Assembly (NCBI GenBank): GCA_963731895.1
Contig: CAVSXO010000026.1
Span: 451,285 to 515,284 of the forward strand
Direction: 5' to 3'
Source of the DNA: an uncultured Solirubrobacterales bacterium
Lineage (GTDB): Bacteria > Actinomycetota > Thermoleophilia > Solirubrobacterales > JBBDJG01
Length of the DNA: 64,000 nucleotides
Part shown: one piece after another, positions 36,716 through 47,748 of the stretch
Position numbering within the stretch: position 1 is the first letter of the stretch
Layout of the letters: every line of letters starts with the position of its first letter
Translations under genes and position numbers: made by a program
Notes under the pieces: model-generated
Seen by the model: the letters and a program-made list of their open reading frames with translations, nothing else
What the model was told of the DNA's origin: nothing
Database searches by the model: none

Positions 36716-37386
36716 TCCTCGCGCAGGACGTAGCCGACGCCGCGCACGGTGTGCAGCAGCCTGGGCTCCCCGGCAGACTCGGTCTTGCGGCGCAGGTAGC
36801 TGACGTAGACCTCGAGCGAGTTCGAGCCCGGGCCGAAGTCGTAGCCCCAGACGCGGTCGAAGATCACGGGTCGGGTCAGGACCTGCCGCGGGTGGAGGAG
36901 AAAAAGCTCCAGCAACGAGAACTCGGTGCGCGTCAAGTCGATCACGCGGCCACCGCGCTTCACCTGATGTGAGACCGGGTCCAGCTCCAGGTCCCCGAAC
37001 CGCAGGACCTGCCCTCCGGCGCTCGTACCCGACCGCCGCAGCAGCGCCCGTAACCGCGCCAGCAGCTCGTCGAGCGCAAACGGCTTCACGACGTAGTCGT
37101 CGGCGCCCGCGTCGAGGCCCGCGACGCGGTCGGAGATGGCGTCCCGCGCGGTCAGCATCAGGACCGGCGTGCGGTTACCGGCCGATCGCATCCGGCGGCA
37201 GACCTCGAGACCATCCACGCCCGGCATCATCACGTCGAGCACCACCGCGTCGGTGTTGTCCTTCGCCAGCGTGGCAAGGGCCTGGGCGCCGTCTGCGGCG
37301 ACCACGATCTCGTATCCCTCCAGGCGCAGCGCGCGCTCCAATGAGTCGCGTACCGCCGGCTCGTCGTCGACGACCAGGACCTGCAT
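36712..37386 (-). CDS. OmpR-family response regulator
   Basis: [25 protein letters not shown]...DVMMPGVDG...ADDYVVKPF plus the winged-helix output [22 protein letters not shown]...[11 protein letters not shown]. Confidence 0.92.
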   Translation of the reverse strand: MQVLVVDDEPAVRDSLERALRLEGYEIVVAADGAQALATLAKDNTDAVVLDVMMPGVDGLEVCRRMRSAGNRTPVLMLTARDAISDRVAGLDAGADDYVVKPFALDELLARLRALLRRSGTSAGGQVLRFGDLELDPVSHQVKRGGRVIDLTRTEFSLLELFLLHPRQVLTRPVIFDRVWGYDFGPGSNSLEVYVSYLRRKTESAGEPRLLHTVRGVGYVLREE

Positions 37387-37565
37387 GCCTCAAGTGTGAC
37401 GCCGGAATCTGAACTTTCACTGAATCAGTGCCCAAAATCGGGGCTGCCAAGCGAAGTCGATCAATCGTCTAAGTCGCTCAGGCGCGCTCAAGGTGAACCG
37501 GCAGGGGGGTCGATGAGGACCCCGAGGTGTAGCTGGCAGGCAGGCCACGGAAAGGCTCTGTCATT

Positions 37566-38742
37566 TTGAAACGATCTTTGTCGCGCAGCACGACGCTTCG
37601 CATGGCGTCGGCCGTCTCATCCATATTCGTGTTGGTCGCCGTGGTCGCGGGGAGCGCCTCTGCGCAGTCCCTCCCGAGCACGAACACGAACCTGCTGCCC
37701 AACGGTGGGGCGAGCCTCACGACAGGGCCGGACGGCCTGGGCGTAGGCCTCGATGCCGGCGATACCGGTGGCGTGACACTCGGAGCGGGCGCGGGCGGGG
37801 TCAACCTCGATCTGCGGACCACTCCGAAGAGCTCTGCGCCGCCCGCCTCTTCGTCGCCTGCCGCGCAGGAGCCCAGCGGCCGCGTCTCGGTCCCCGGCGG
37901 GCCGACGGACGATCCCAGCTCGGGGACAACCCCAGGCCGGTCCACGCCCGGGTGCAGCTCGGTCGGTCGCCGTGACCGACGACCAGCCCGGCGCCGGCCG
38001 CCGGTCCACCTCCGACGCCCGGCGTGGCCGCGCTGAGGGCTCCGGCGGCACCCCACGTCTCGACGACCTTCGGACGACCGCCGGCGCCGAGGACAGCCGC
38101 GGCGGAGTCGCACCGGTGTTCGAGCTGATCGAGTCGATCCCGGGCTTCGTGCGGGCGGGCCTCGTCGCCCTCGCGCTGATCGCAATCGCCCTTTGGGGCC
38201 TTTGGGTCCGTGGCCGCAGGCGCCTCGACCAGAACGCGTATGTCGACCCCGACACCGGCGTGGCGAACATGGAAGCGTTCGAGCAGATGCTCGAGCGCGA
38301 GTGGGAGCGCGCGACGCGGTACCGGCGACCGCTCGGGCTGGTCCTGCTCGATGTGGAGCAGAGCGGGGTCGGGGGCGTCCTGCTGGGTGAGCGCGACGCC
38401 CGCCAGGCCGTGGCCGACATCAGCAAGGAGGTCCGCGGATCCGACACGGTGGCCCGGCTGGCCCAGTCTCGCTTCGCGGTCATCTGCCCCGAGGCGCCGC
38501 AGGGATCGGTCGAGACTCTCGCGCATGCCCTCGAGTCGAGGCTCGAGGAGCGACGCCTGCGCTGCTGGGCGGGGTTTGCCGAGCGCGCCGACGGCAACGG
38601 CCGGCCCGCGGACCTGGTCACGCACGCAGCCACGGCGCTCGCCGACGCACACGCAGAGGGGCCGGTCAAGGAGGCGGATCCGTACCCCGAGCACGAGACG
38701 GTCGCGTTTCCGGCTGCGAACGGCCGGGTCGCCGCTGCCTGA
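37566..38742 (+). pseudogene. Membrane-anchored degenerate GGDEF-domain protein; one +1 shift near 37950
   Basis: Signal-like N-terminus (ORF 37566). TM segment GFVRAGLVALALIAIALWGLWV. Then DPDTGVANMEAFEQMLEREWERATRYRRPLGLVLLDV...ARLAQSRFAVICPE, where AQSRF occupies the GGDEF position. Confidence 0.65.
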
Positions 38743-38752
38743 GCGAGCGGCG

Positions 38753-39463
38753 CTACGAGAGCGCCGCGAACAGCCGGGGGTCGTTCGTGATCACGCCGGT
38801 CACGCCGAGCGAGTCCAGCTCCCGGATCCGCGGAGCGTGGTCGACGGTCCATACGTAGAGCTCGCCGCCCGACGTCTTCACGGTCTCGACCAGCTCCGGG
38901 CCGACCAGCCGCCAGTGGGCCATCACCGCGTGGCATAGCCCGGCCGAAAGCGCCGCGGCGGCTTGGCGCGGCAACCTGCGCCGCATCACGCGGAGGACGG
39001 CCAGGGCGGGGATGGCCATGAACGGGGAGCGGGTGTAGTCCCGCCGCGCCCTCGGCACCGACCAGCCGACGCGCACGCTCCCGTGATGAGCCTTCAGCGC
39101 AACCAGGCTCTCCCGGTATGTGGTCGAGACGATCGCGCGGTCGGCGAGGCCGGACCGCTCGAGGGCATCGACGACGCGGCTCTCGTACCCCGGCAGCTTC
39201 AGGTCCACGATGAACTCGAGGTCCGCGTACGCGGCCGAGGCGAGGTGGTCAAGCGCCTCCTCCAGCGTGAGCGTGGGGCGCTCGGCCGCATCCTCGTAGT
39301 CGTGGGCGAGGATCAATTGGTCCGTCTGCGGCTCAGAGGGCGGGCGCTCGGGCAGCACGTCCAGCTCGATCATGTCCACCCCGTGCGCGAGCGCGGCATC
39401 GAAGCTGGCGAGCGTGTTCCCCGGTTCGATCAGGTCCGCACCCTTGTGACCGACGCGCCTCAT
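38753..39463 (-). CDS. Glycerophosphodiester phosphodiesterase family protein
   Basis: MRRVGHKGADLIEPGNTLASFDAALAHGVDMIELDV (H..EN..AF...G.D.IE.DV pattern). C-terminal VTGVITNDP. ATG complement at 39461..39463. Confidence 0.8.
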   Translation of the reverse strand: MRRVGHKGADLIEPGNTLASFDAALAHGVDMIELDVLPERPPSEPQTDQLILAHDYEDAAERPTLTLEEALDHLASAAYADLEFIVDLKLPGYESRVVDALERSGLADRAIVSTTYRESLVALKAHHGSVRVGWSVPRARRDYTRSPFMAIPALAVLRVMRRRLPRQAAAALSAGLCHAVMAHWRLVGPELVETVKTSGGELYVWTVDHAPRIRELDSLGVTGVITNDPRLFAALS

Positions 39464-39512
39464 GAACCCATCATGGAGCATCGAGGATGAACTTCTTGTT
39501 AAAAATGCGGAC

Positions 39513-39899
39513 ATGGCGAACCTGATTCACACCTGCTACCGGATCACCGACATCGACCGTTCGGTCTCTTTCTACGAGGCGCTCGGCTTCGAGGAGGTCG
39601 GCCGCTTCCCGATCCGTGACGAGGCGATCAACGTCTTCATGAACATCCCCGGGGACGGAGACTCGCCCCGCCTCGAGTTGACGTACAACCACGGCGTCGA
39701 CTCCTACGACCAGGGCACCGCCTACGGGCACATTGCGATCTCCGCCGAGGACCTCGACGCGACGCTCGAGCGGCTGGCGGGTCAGGGCATCGAGCCCGAG
39801 AAGCCGCCCTACAGCGTGCGCGAGGGCGGATCGCGCCTGTGCTTCGTGCGCGACCCCGATGGCTACCGGATCGAGCTGATCGAGCGGCCGAGTCTGTAG
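39513..39899 (+). CDS. gloA: Lactoylglutathione lyase (glyoxalase I, VOC family)
   Basis: 128 aa. MANLIHTCYRITDIDRSVSFYEALGF...LELTYNHGVDSYDQGTAYGHIAISAEDLD...CFVRDPDGYRIELIERPSL. Confidence 0.8.
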   Translation: MANLIHTCYRITDIDRSVSFYEALGFEEVGRFPIRDEAINVFMNIPGDGDSPRLELTYNHGVDSYDQGTAYGHIAISAEDLDATLERLAGQGIEPEKPPYSVREGGSRLCFVRDPDGYRIELIERPSL

Positions 39900-40004
39900 C
39901 GGCGAACGCGGTCTGAGCGGCACGTTCGAGCTGTTCGAGCGGCCGCCCGGTTAGGCGCAGCCCGCTTCTTGCCGTCGGCGCGCCGAGGTGGGAGGATCGG
40001 TGCC

Positions 40005-41355
40005 GTGGCCAACAGGAATAAGCGGCTATTTGCATCTCTGGCAGCTCTTGCCATGGTGCTCCTGGTGGGTGCCGCGACGGCGCAAGCAACGACCTTTCCC
40101 GGCGAGAACGGGAGGCTGGCCCTATCCGTCGAAGTGCGACCGTTCCCCGAGGCGAGTCCGGTTTTCACGATCCAGACGGCGAACTCGGACGGCACGGATT
40201 TCGTCCGTCTCACAGATCCCATCTCCCCGGGTGGACTCGCCGAGCACTCTCACTCGGCCCGCTGGTCGGCGGATGGGAAGCGGCTGGCGTTCTCGACATT
40301 CTCCCCCGGCGGCGCATCGCGGCTCGAGGTCATGGACGCCGATGGGAGCGATCGGGCGGTGGTCCTCGAAGACAGCGGCAGCGGCGACTGGTTCCCCGAC
40401 GGCACGCGGATCTTCCTTGGATCGCGCGTTGTCGACGTCGATAGCGGTACGACCACTCCCGTCGGCACGTTCGACCACCTACCCGACGGGCTCAATCTCG
40501 GATCGTGGGACCTGTCACCCGACGGCACGAAGGTCGCCTTCGACGGCTGGTACCAGTTCGAGCAGTGCGACTACTTCGAAGACCCCCCGGACTGCTGGCT
40601 GGTCGACGACTCCTCTCACATCTATGTCGTGAACATCGACGGCAGCGGCCTCAGGCAGCTGCCGGCCGTCTGCGTGGAACCGCACCGGGGCAGCATGGTC
40701 TCCGGACGGCCGCAAGCTCGCCTACGTCCTCGGCGGGGACATCCGCGCGATCGATGCCGACGGCGAGAACGACGTGGCCATGGGAGTCAGAGGACATCGG
40801 CCACTGTGGTCGCCCGACGGACAGCAGCTCCTGTACGAGGTGCCCGGCTTGATCGGCGGCAACGACGGCCCGGACCCGGACCAGTACGTCATCGGGGCGG
40901 ACGGCTCGAACCCGACGAAGATCATCGAGGGTGACCCGTTCGAGGCCTACTCCGTCTCGAGCTGGCAACCGATCATCAACCAGGTCGCCGGACTGCACGA
41001 GCGTGAGTGCCGCCCCCGACGTGCTCCTGCCGGCGAACCACAAGCTGCGCCTCGTCCGACTCTTGGGGGAACTGATCCCGATCGCGATCCGGTGACGCTC
41101 GAGATCACCGGCGTCACCCAGGACGAGCCGACCGGGTCCGGCCGCGACGCCGAGCCGGCGGCCGACCGGAGCCGCGTTCGCCTGCGGGCCGAGCGCCACG
41201 TTCGTGGTGAGGGCCGCGTGTACAGGATCACATTCGAAGTCAACGACGGCCGGGGCGGATCGTGCACCGGCGAGGAGACCGTGTCGGTACCGCGGCATCG
41301 GAACGTCGCCGCGGTTGACTCTGGCCCGCCGGGCTACGACTCGTTCGGCGGTTGA
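40005..41355 (+). pseudogene. Secreted TolB-like (PD40/WD40-like) beta-propeller protein; about 3 frame breaks
   Basis: GGAGGA RBS 8 nt before the GTG at 40005. Signal peptide LFASLAALAMVLLVGAATAQA. Repeats WSADGKRLAF, LSPDGTKVAF, WSPDGRKLAY and WSPDGQQLLY. C-terminal PDVLLPANHKLRLV...DPDRDPVTLEITGVTQDEP...GRVYRITFEVNDGRGGSC unit. Shifts near 40675, 40990 and 41065 (the last in a G5 run). Confidence 0.75.
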
Positions 41356-41357
41356 CA

Positions 41358-41418
41358 TACCGCGAGGGCGGCGCGCCGCCCCGACGGGTATCGCATCGAA
41401 CTGATCGAGCGGCCCTAG
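41358..41418 (+). pseudogene. Remnant of a second glyoxalase/VOC gene 3' end
   Basis: TAC CGC GAG GGC GGC ... GAC GGG TAT CGC ATC GAA CTG ATC GAG CGG CCC TAG reads Y-REGG...DGYRIELIERP-stop. Compare the gloA tail YSVREGGSRLCFVRDPDGYRIELIERPSL. It starts 3 nt after the TolB-like stop. Confidence 0.55.
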
Positions 41419-41700
41419 AGGCCCACGGCCTCGAGGGCCTCGGCCGAATTGCTCGTAGACCACCACGCGAACGAGCTGGTCGTCGCGATAGGTCCACCCA
41501 CGCGTGCGGTTGTCTATCTCTATGCCACTGCCTCGCCCTCGGCCACGGACATGGATGAAGACGACGACCTCGCCACCGGCGCCTCGAGGAACTCTCCGTA
41601 AGCTCGGTCGTCGAGACTCCGCCAGTTGCGCATGGCCTCGCGAATGCCGTCGGCCATGGACGCCCAGCCTCGCTAGATCACCAGGTCGGGTACTGGACGT
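41415..41700 (-). pseudogene. Decayed SnoaL-like/NTF2-fold gene remnant
   Basis: On the minus strand GGEVVVFIHVRGRGRGSGIEIDNRTRGWTYRDDQLVRVVVYEQ matches the C-terminal half of the SnoaL-like paralogs. The upstream part (MADGIREAMRNWRSLDDRAYGEFLE) is in another frame. No intact N-terminus. Confidence 0.35.
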
Positions 41701-42071
41701 GGTAGGTTCGCCAAGAATGCATGGAACAAGCTCTGGCCGGCGTTCGGAATCGTCCTCCTGACACTGGGCGCGACGGCAGCTCCGGCGTTCGGCATTCATC
41801 CACGGACCAAGGGGGCGACACTCGCGGACACGGGTCGCAACTGTCCCCACAGATCTCGTAGCGACGTCTGCCCGAGTCGGGAACGCATCTCCTCGATACA
41901 TCGGGGATCTCCGATCCATGATCGACGAGGGCGCATTGCCAATCGACCCGCAGCAATCGACGCGACTGATCGCTTACGTTTCCCTGCGCGACATCGGCGA
42001 TATCACATTCCGGGACCGGCATGTCCTGCCGGCAAAGGGCAAGCGATCGCGGGATGCGATGGCCAGGCCCG

Positions 42072-43596
42072 CTACTCGCCGGCGGCCGCCTCGTGCTCCT
42101 CGAGGCTATCCCCGTACACCGGCGCCAGCAGCTGGTCCACCGGCACGTGGTCGTCGGTCAGCTCGACCGTGTCCGTCCTCTCGATGAACGGCCGCAGCTG
42201 CTCGTAGCCGAAGATCGTCTGGAGGCGGGGCAGCGGGGCGCGGCTCGCGACCACGACGAACGTCGCTCGCTCACCCGTCACCGCCTGCCCGGGTACCGTC
42301 ATCAGGCCGAGGTTCGGAAACGTCTTCGTAAGCGTCTTCATGAACGAGCGCAGGAAGTCGTACTCCTTCCCGTCGACCACGTTGATCAGATAGATGCCGC
42401 GATCCGTCAGGTGGTCCGCGACCATCTCGTTGAACTCCTTCGTGGTCAGGTGGTACGGGACGGCGATGTCGTTGAACGCGTCGCCGAGCACGAGGTCGTA
42501 CTTCTCGTCCTCGGGGCGCTCTCTCAGCGCCAGCCGCGCGTCCTCGTGCTGGATCTCGATCTCGGGTGAGTCGCGCAACCCGAGGTGCGACCGGACCACT
42601 TCGGTCACCTCCGGGTCGATCTCTGCGACGAAGGAATCCGCCTTGTAGTTCGCAGCCAGGTAGCGGGGAAACGAATACGTCCCGCCGCCGATCTGGAACG
42701 AACTGATCTTCCCGCCCTTCGGGAAGCTCGACTCCGTCACCTGCTGGTAGAGCTTCTCGTACGGATAGATCAGCTCGGCCGGATTCTTCGGGTTCACGAC
42801 GCCGTGGATCAGGAGGTCGAGCCGCAGCTCCCGGTTCACTCCTGACGGATCCGGGCCCACGTCGATGCAGAAGTAGTTGCTCTCCTTGATGCACTTGCTC
42901 TCCGCGGTCATCGCCAGCGCCAGCGCGCCCACCAGGATCACCGCGGGGACGATCGCGAGCGCGGGCTGCGATCGCACGGCCTGCGCGACGCGGCTCGCGT
43001 CGGTCAAATAGGGATGGCTGAAGGCCGCCAGCAGCAGCAGCACGACCACCACGCCGGCCACGATCGCGCGCGTCCCGAACCACGAGATCAGGAAGTAGCC
43101 CGTGATGAAGACGCCCAGGATGCTGCCGGCGGTGGCGGCGGCCTGCACGTCGCCCACCACGCGGCCGGTCGACTCCAGCGAGGGCAGCGTCAGCTTCACG
43201 AGCATCGGCGTCGGCATGCCGAGCAGCACGGACGGCAGGAAGAACATCAGCGTCGTGATCCAGAGCACCTGGATGATCGCCGGCCATGATCGTGGGCCCG
43301 GTGAAGGCGTCGACGTCCCGGGCGAAGAAGAGGATCAGCGCCGACGCGCCGGCCGCGCCGAGGTACATCGCCGAAAGCGTCGTGCGACCGGGACGCCGGT
43401 CGGCGAGCTTGCCGCCCAGGTAGTTCCCGATCGCGATGCCGGCGAGCACCACGCCGATCACCGATGTCCACGTGTAGAGCGAGACGCCGACGTTCGGGGC
43501 GATCAGGCGACCCGCGACGATCTCCAGCACCAGCAGGCAGCCGCTTCCGAAGAACGCGAACACGCTCGTGAACGGAAGGGGCGTGAAGTCGCTCAC
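42072..43596 (-). pseudogene. Fused MFS-like membrane domain / spermidine synthase-like methyltransferase; one +1 shift near 43280
   Basis: N-terminal TM region VSDFTPLPFTSVFAFFGSGCLLVLEIVAGRLIAPNVGVSLYTWTSVIGVVLAGIAIGN (frame of ORF 42271..44754) joins ORF 42072..43268. That ORF carries FQIGGGTYSFPRYL, DLVLGDAFND and PYHLTTKEF (spermidine-synthase fold). Confidence 0.75.
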
Positions 43597-43685
43597 GGTC
43601 GCGTCGGTCCCCGGGTGCGTCTGAGGACGCTTGCTCAAACCGCGCGGCAGACCTAGCCGAATCGGTTCGGTCGATACTCCACACG

Positions 43686-44286
43686 ATGCCCGCTGCTTCC
43701 CGGCTTGCGACCTGCTTCTGCCTCGGCGCCGTGCTGGGGACGCTGCTCGACGGCATCCACGTGTACGGCGACGTCGAGTCCTACCCGGATCCCCTGTTCG
43801 GCCGCTGGGCGTGGTTCGTCCCGCTCGAGTTCGGGCTCGCCGGCGCGCTCGCCGGCGCGGTGATCCCGGCGCTCGAGCGCATCGCCGGGCCGCCGCCTGC
43901 CCCCGCGGTGGCCGCTCGGCGTTCGCGCCGCGGAGCTCGCGCTGATCGTCGCGGCGTACCTCTCCACGGTCCTGCTGGACGACGCGCCGGTCCTGGTCAC
44001 TGCCGGGCTGATCGCGTTGCTGGCGATCCGGCTCACGTTCCGGCCCGTCTCCGGGCGACTGGCTGTACGCGCTCGATCGGCGCGCTTGCGGGCCCCGCTG
44101 ACCGAGGCGGCGATCTCCGCCCTGGGCGCGTTCGACTACGCGGATCCCGATGTGGCCGGCATTCCGATGTGGCTGCCGGCCCTGTGGGCGAACGGCGGCA
44201 TTTTCATCCGGCGTCTGCTGGCGCCGGTCGTCCTCGAGGACTACCGGTCGCGCAACAGGACCAACCCGCCCAGCGCTCCGACGTAG
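43686..44286 (+). pseudogene. Small membrane protein, unknown function; about 4 +1 shifts
   Basis: MPAASRLATCFCLGAVLGTLLDGIHVYGDVESYPDPLFGRWAWFVPLEFGLAGALAGAVIPALE (ORF 43686), then ..LALIVAAYLSTVLLDDAPVLVTAGLIALLAIRL.. and ..PLTEAAISALGAFDYADPDVAGIPMWLPALWANGGIF (ORF 44017). Three closely spaced shifts lie at 44050-44090. Confidence 0.45.
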
Positions 44287-45799
44287 GCGGTTCCGTCGGG
44301 GCCGAGGGTCACCGGCGCGTAGTGGTTGTTGAAGCCGAGGCCGGTCCCGGCAAGCCGCTTGTAGACCGTCGTCCCTGTGCGGAAGTCGATCGCGGTGAAG
44401 TACCAGGCATCGTTGCCGCTGGGGTCGGCCGGCTTCGTGTAGGTGTAGACGAGGCCGGTTGCGAGCGACAGCTTGGGCACCACCGAGGGGGCGATCTCGG
44501 AGCTGCGCCAGACCGTCTTGCAGCGATCGCCGCTGTCCGTGATGTCCACGCGCTGCAGCCCGGGCGTGGTCGTGGCTCCCTGCGTCGTCGCGGTCGGGCC
44601 GCTGTATCCGTAGTTGTTCTCCACGATCAACGAGCGCCCGGCTCCGATCAGCGAGTTGTCGGTCGCGCTCGCGCCCTGCTGGAACACCGGCTCGCGTGCA
44701 GGCCATGCGCGATCCGCTGATGGTGCGGCCTCGCTTGTAGACGACCACGTTCATCGGGATCGGCGTTGTCGGTGATGGCCACGTATTCCGAGCCGACCAG
44801 CGTGGGGGTCGTCCCGGACCCGGGGCTCACCTGGCCGGGTTTTTGCACGCCACTGTTCGGATACTCCTGCCGCCAGACGACCGTGGGCGTGCCGTCCGCG
44901 CCGGCCTCGAACCGGTAGAGCGCCGCGTCGGAGACGATGTACACGCCGCCCGTCTCGTCGATCGCGAACGAGTTCGTGATCTGCTCGCTCGTGTCGAGGG
45001 TGCGGACCGCGCCGCTGTCCGGAGCGATGGTGCCGACGACGCCTTGCTGGGAGACCCACCAGATCCGGCCCGCCCAATCCGGCAGCGCCGAGAACAACTT
45101 GTCGTCGACGCCGAGCGAGCCGCTCACGTCGTAGTCGCGCGCGAGCGCGAACCCGGGCCCGAGCGGTCCGGACGTCTGCTCGACCACCCAGATGTGGCGG
45201 GTCGTGGTCGGGATCACCGCGCGATCGCGGTTGTCGAGATAGAAGTAGCCGCCGCCGGCGAAGTCGGTGAACGGGTTCGCAGCTCCGGGCTGGCGCGGCG
45301 GGAGCGGGAACTGTGCCAGCTGGTCGAGCGTGCGCGGGTCGAGCAGCACCAGCCGCGGACCGTCCACGCCGACGCAGATCGTCACGATCCGCCCGGCGCG
45401 GTCGAACGTCACCGATGCGCAGTCGGCCGCGAAGAACGTCGAGCGCCGCTCCATGTCTCGGCCCAGGGGGCCGGCGCCGGCATAGGTGTCCGTCATGTAG
45501 GCGTCGTTGTGGAGGTTGCTGCGGCCGTTCGCGGCCATGAACGGGTGCTCCGGCGGAAGGGTGGCGGAGACTGGGCGCGGCTTTGCGGGCGTCCCCAGGA
45601 AGGCCGGCGGGTCGTTCGCCTCGGGGCCCTCGGGGATCGGAACCGCGGGGACCGTCACCGCGGTGGCGGCGGGCGCCCAGGCAAGCAGGACTGCCGCACA
45701 GAGCGCGCCGAGCGCGGAGACATGCCGCGATCGATTCGATGCCGTCTTGCGAGTGAGGTGTGAGGTCAACCGGCGCTCTCCCCAGGGCCCTGTCAGCAC
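44241..45799 (-). pseudogene. Secreted protein of unknown family (beta-rich); two +1 shifts near 44690-44760
   Basis: Signal peptide ALGALCAAVLLAWAPAATA. ORF 44648..45799 joins MNVVVYKRGRTISG (start of ORF 42271..44754) and then ORF 44241..44687 (...GTAYVGALGGLVLLRDR-stop). Confidence 0.55.
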
Positions 45800-46005
45800 G
45801 GGCTATCTACCCGCCAAGGGGGGGTTCTCAAACGACGGTCCAGAGCGGTGGGGCGGCCGCGACGTTGCGCCGGTCGGTGTGTTGCAAGGAGCGACGGGAC
45901 CGGCGCCGAACCAAGCCTGGCTACCTAGATTGACGCCGGAGAGGAACACCATGGCTCGCATTCCCGCCTCCGGCGGACGGCTGGGCCCCGAAGAAGGAGG
46001 AGCAA

Positions 46006-46881
46006 GTGTCCGACATCCGAAGCGATGACCGCACGTGGGTCGAGGCGGTCGACCGCTATGTGGCCGGTGTCCGCCGCGAGCGCCCAAGGCGTTCTTCCAA
46101 CGGTCGTTATGTGCTCGCAAGCGCCCTGGTGCTGGCGGTGACCATGTCCCCGGTCGCGATCGGGGCCACCGGCAGCGTGCTGCGCGAGGGCAAGCGCAAC
46201 CCCTCCAGCGGGGCGGCGGCGAAGGAGACCGAGATGATCTCCCAGACCAAGACGTACGGCACGCGCCAGTCGAACATCCGCGACGGCAACGGCGGCGGCG
46301 CGATCTACGGTTGCCGCTCGAGCGCGGGCCGCGAGCCCTGCATCCGGGCCAACAACCTGAAGAACGGGCGCGCATTCGAGTTCGAGACCGACGGCGACGA
46401 GGCCGGCTTCATCGAGACGAAGAATCCGGCTGCACGGCCGTTCGCCACCAACGCGACGGGAGTCGCGGCGGGCCTGAACGCGGACCGGGTCGACTCGCTG
46501 AACGCGGCGAAGATCGACTTTCGCGCCAAGGTGCCGTCGCCCGCCGCGCAGATCCTGAACCTCGGTGGCCTGATCCTCAACGGCTCCTGCGCCGACGGTC
46601 CGAACCTGGACGTGCGCGCATCGTCGTCGGTGCCCGACTCCATGATCCACGTGAGCTGGAACCGCGATCCGGGCAACGTGCCGTTCTACCGGCAGGACAA
46701 CGACCTCGATCCGGTCGACTCGTTCTCGCTCATGGGCGACAACGACGACGCGTCGGCGGGCACGGTCACCTACGCGACTCCGGCAGGCGCGAACGTGACC
46801 ATCACGTTCCTGTCCGACCAGGGTGTGGTGCTGGGCGGCTCGGCCGCGTGCGTGTTCTCAGGCACGGCCTTCCAGGGCTAG
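46006..46881 (+). CDS. Membrane-anchored hypothetical protein
   Basis: 291-aa intact ORF. Single TM segment YVLASALVLAVTMSPVAIGA followed by a soluble domain. No family recognised. Confidence 0.55.
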   Translation: MSDIRSDDRTWVEAVDRYVAGVRRERPRRSSNGRYVLASALVLAVTMSPVAIGATGSVLREGKRNPSSGAAAKETEMISQTKTYGTRQSNIRDGNGGGAIYGCRSSAGREPCIRANNLKNGRAFEFETDGDEAGFIETKNPAARPFATNATGVAAGLNADRVDSLNAAKIDFRAKVPSPAAQILNLGGLILNGSCADGPNLDVRASSSVPDSMIHVSWNRDPGNVPFYRQDNDLDPVDSFSLMGDNDDASAGTVTYATPAGANVTITFLSDQGVVLGGSAACVFSGTAFQG

Positions 46882-46908
46882 AAGTACCACTCGCAACACC
46901 GCATTCGC

Positions 46909-47748
46909 GTGGGGGCGAAGCGCGCCCCCACGCGTTACCTTGCCCGCGTGACCCCGCTGACGCGCGAGCTGCGGATGCTGCTGTCGATGTTCGCCGGGCT
47001 CGCCCTGGTGGCCGGGTTCCTGCTGTTCCCGCTCGCGCAGGAGACGGACCGGTTCTTCTCCTGGACGATCAAGCCTCCGCTGACGGCCGCGTTCATGGGC
47101 GCCGCGTACTGGGCGGCCTTCGTCCTGATCGGATGGGCGGCGCGGGCGGGGACGTGGGAGCTGGCGCGCCCGGCACTCGTCCCGGTCACGACGATCGCGG
47201 TCCTGTTGCTGGTCGCGACGCTCGTCCACCTGGACAAGTTCGACATGGACTCGATCTTCGGGTGGTTCTGGCTGGTCGTCTACTGCTCGGTGCCACCGGT
47301 GCTCGCGGTGCTCGTGTGGGCGCAGGCCCGACTGCCGGCCGGGCCCGCGCCGCCGGGGCGCCCGATACCGGCGCCACTGCGCGCGACGCTGCTTCTGCAG
47401 GCCGTCGTGATGGGCGGGCTGGGCGCCGTCATGTACGTCGAGCCGTCCACGGCCGGGGACCTGTGGCCCTGGGCCCTGACGCCGCTCACCGCGCGAGCCG
47501 TGAGCGCCTTCCTGATCGGATTCGCCGCCGCGGCGGCCTACGCGGCCTGGGACAACCGGCTGATGCCGTTCGCCGGCGCGGCCTACGCCTACGCGGTGCT
47601 GGGAGCGCTGGAGCTGCTCGCCGCCGCGGTGTTCTCAGGCGACCTCGACGGCGGGGCCCGCACTGCGCTCTACGTCGCGTTCACCGTCACGGTGCTGGCG
47701 GTCGGGGTGGCCGGCTCACTCGCCGTGCGCCGCGTTCAGCGCAGCTAG
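46909..47748 (+). CDS. Polytopic membrane protein, unknown function
   Basis: 279-aa ORF with about 7 hydrophobic segments (e.g. LLSMFAGLALVAGFLLFPL, FWLVVYCSVPPVLAVLVWA, LYVAFTVTVLAVGVAGSLAV). Start uncertain. Confidence 0.6.
   Translation: MGAKRAPTRYLARVTPLTRELRMLLSMFAGLALVAGFLLFPLAQETDRFFSWTIKPPLTAAFMGAAYWAAFVLIGWAARAGTWELARPALVPVTTIAVLLLVATLVHLDKFDMDSIFGWFWLVVYCSVPPVLAVLVWAQARLPAGPAPPGRPIPAPLRATLLLQAVVMGGLGAVMYVEPSTAGDLWPWALTPLTARAVSAFLIGFAAAAAYAAWDNRLMPFAGAAYAYAVLGALELLAAAVFSGDLDGGARTALYVAFTVTVLAVGVAGSLAVRRVQRS

Noticed and set aside
42271-44754. An 827-aa minus-strand ORF spanning three loci.
   Set aside because: It is chimeric. Only two short stretches are protein-like: the N-terminal TM region of the MFS/spermidine-synthase gene, and MNVVVYKRGRTISG of the 44241..45799 gene. 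The rest is Arg/Pro-rich read-through, so the real pieces were assigned to those genes.
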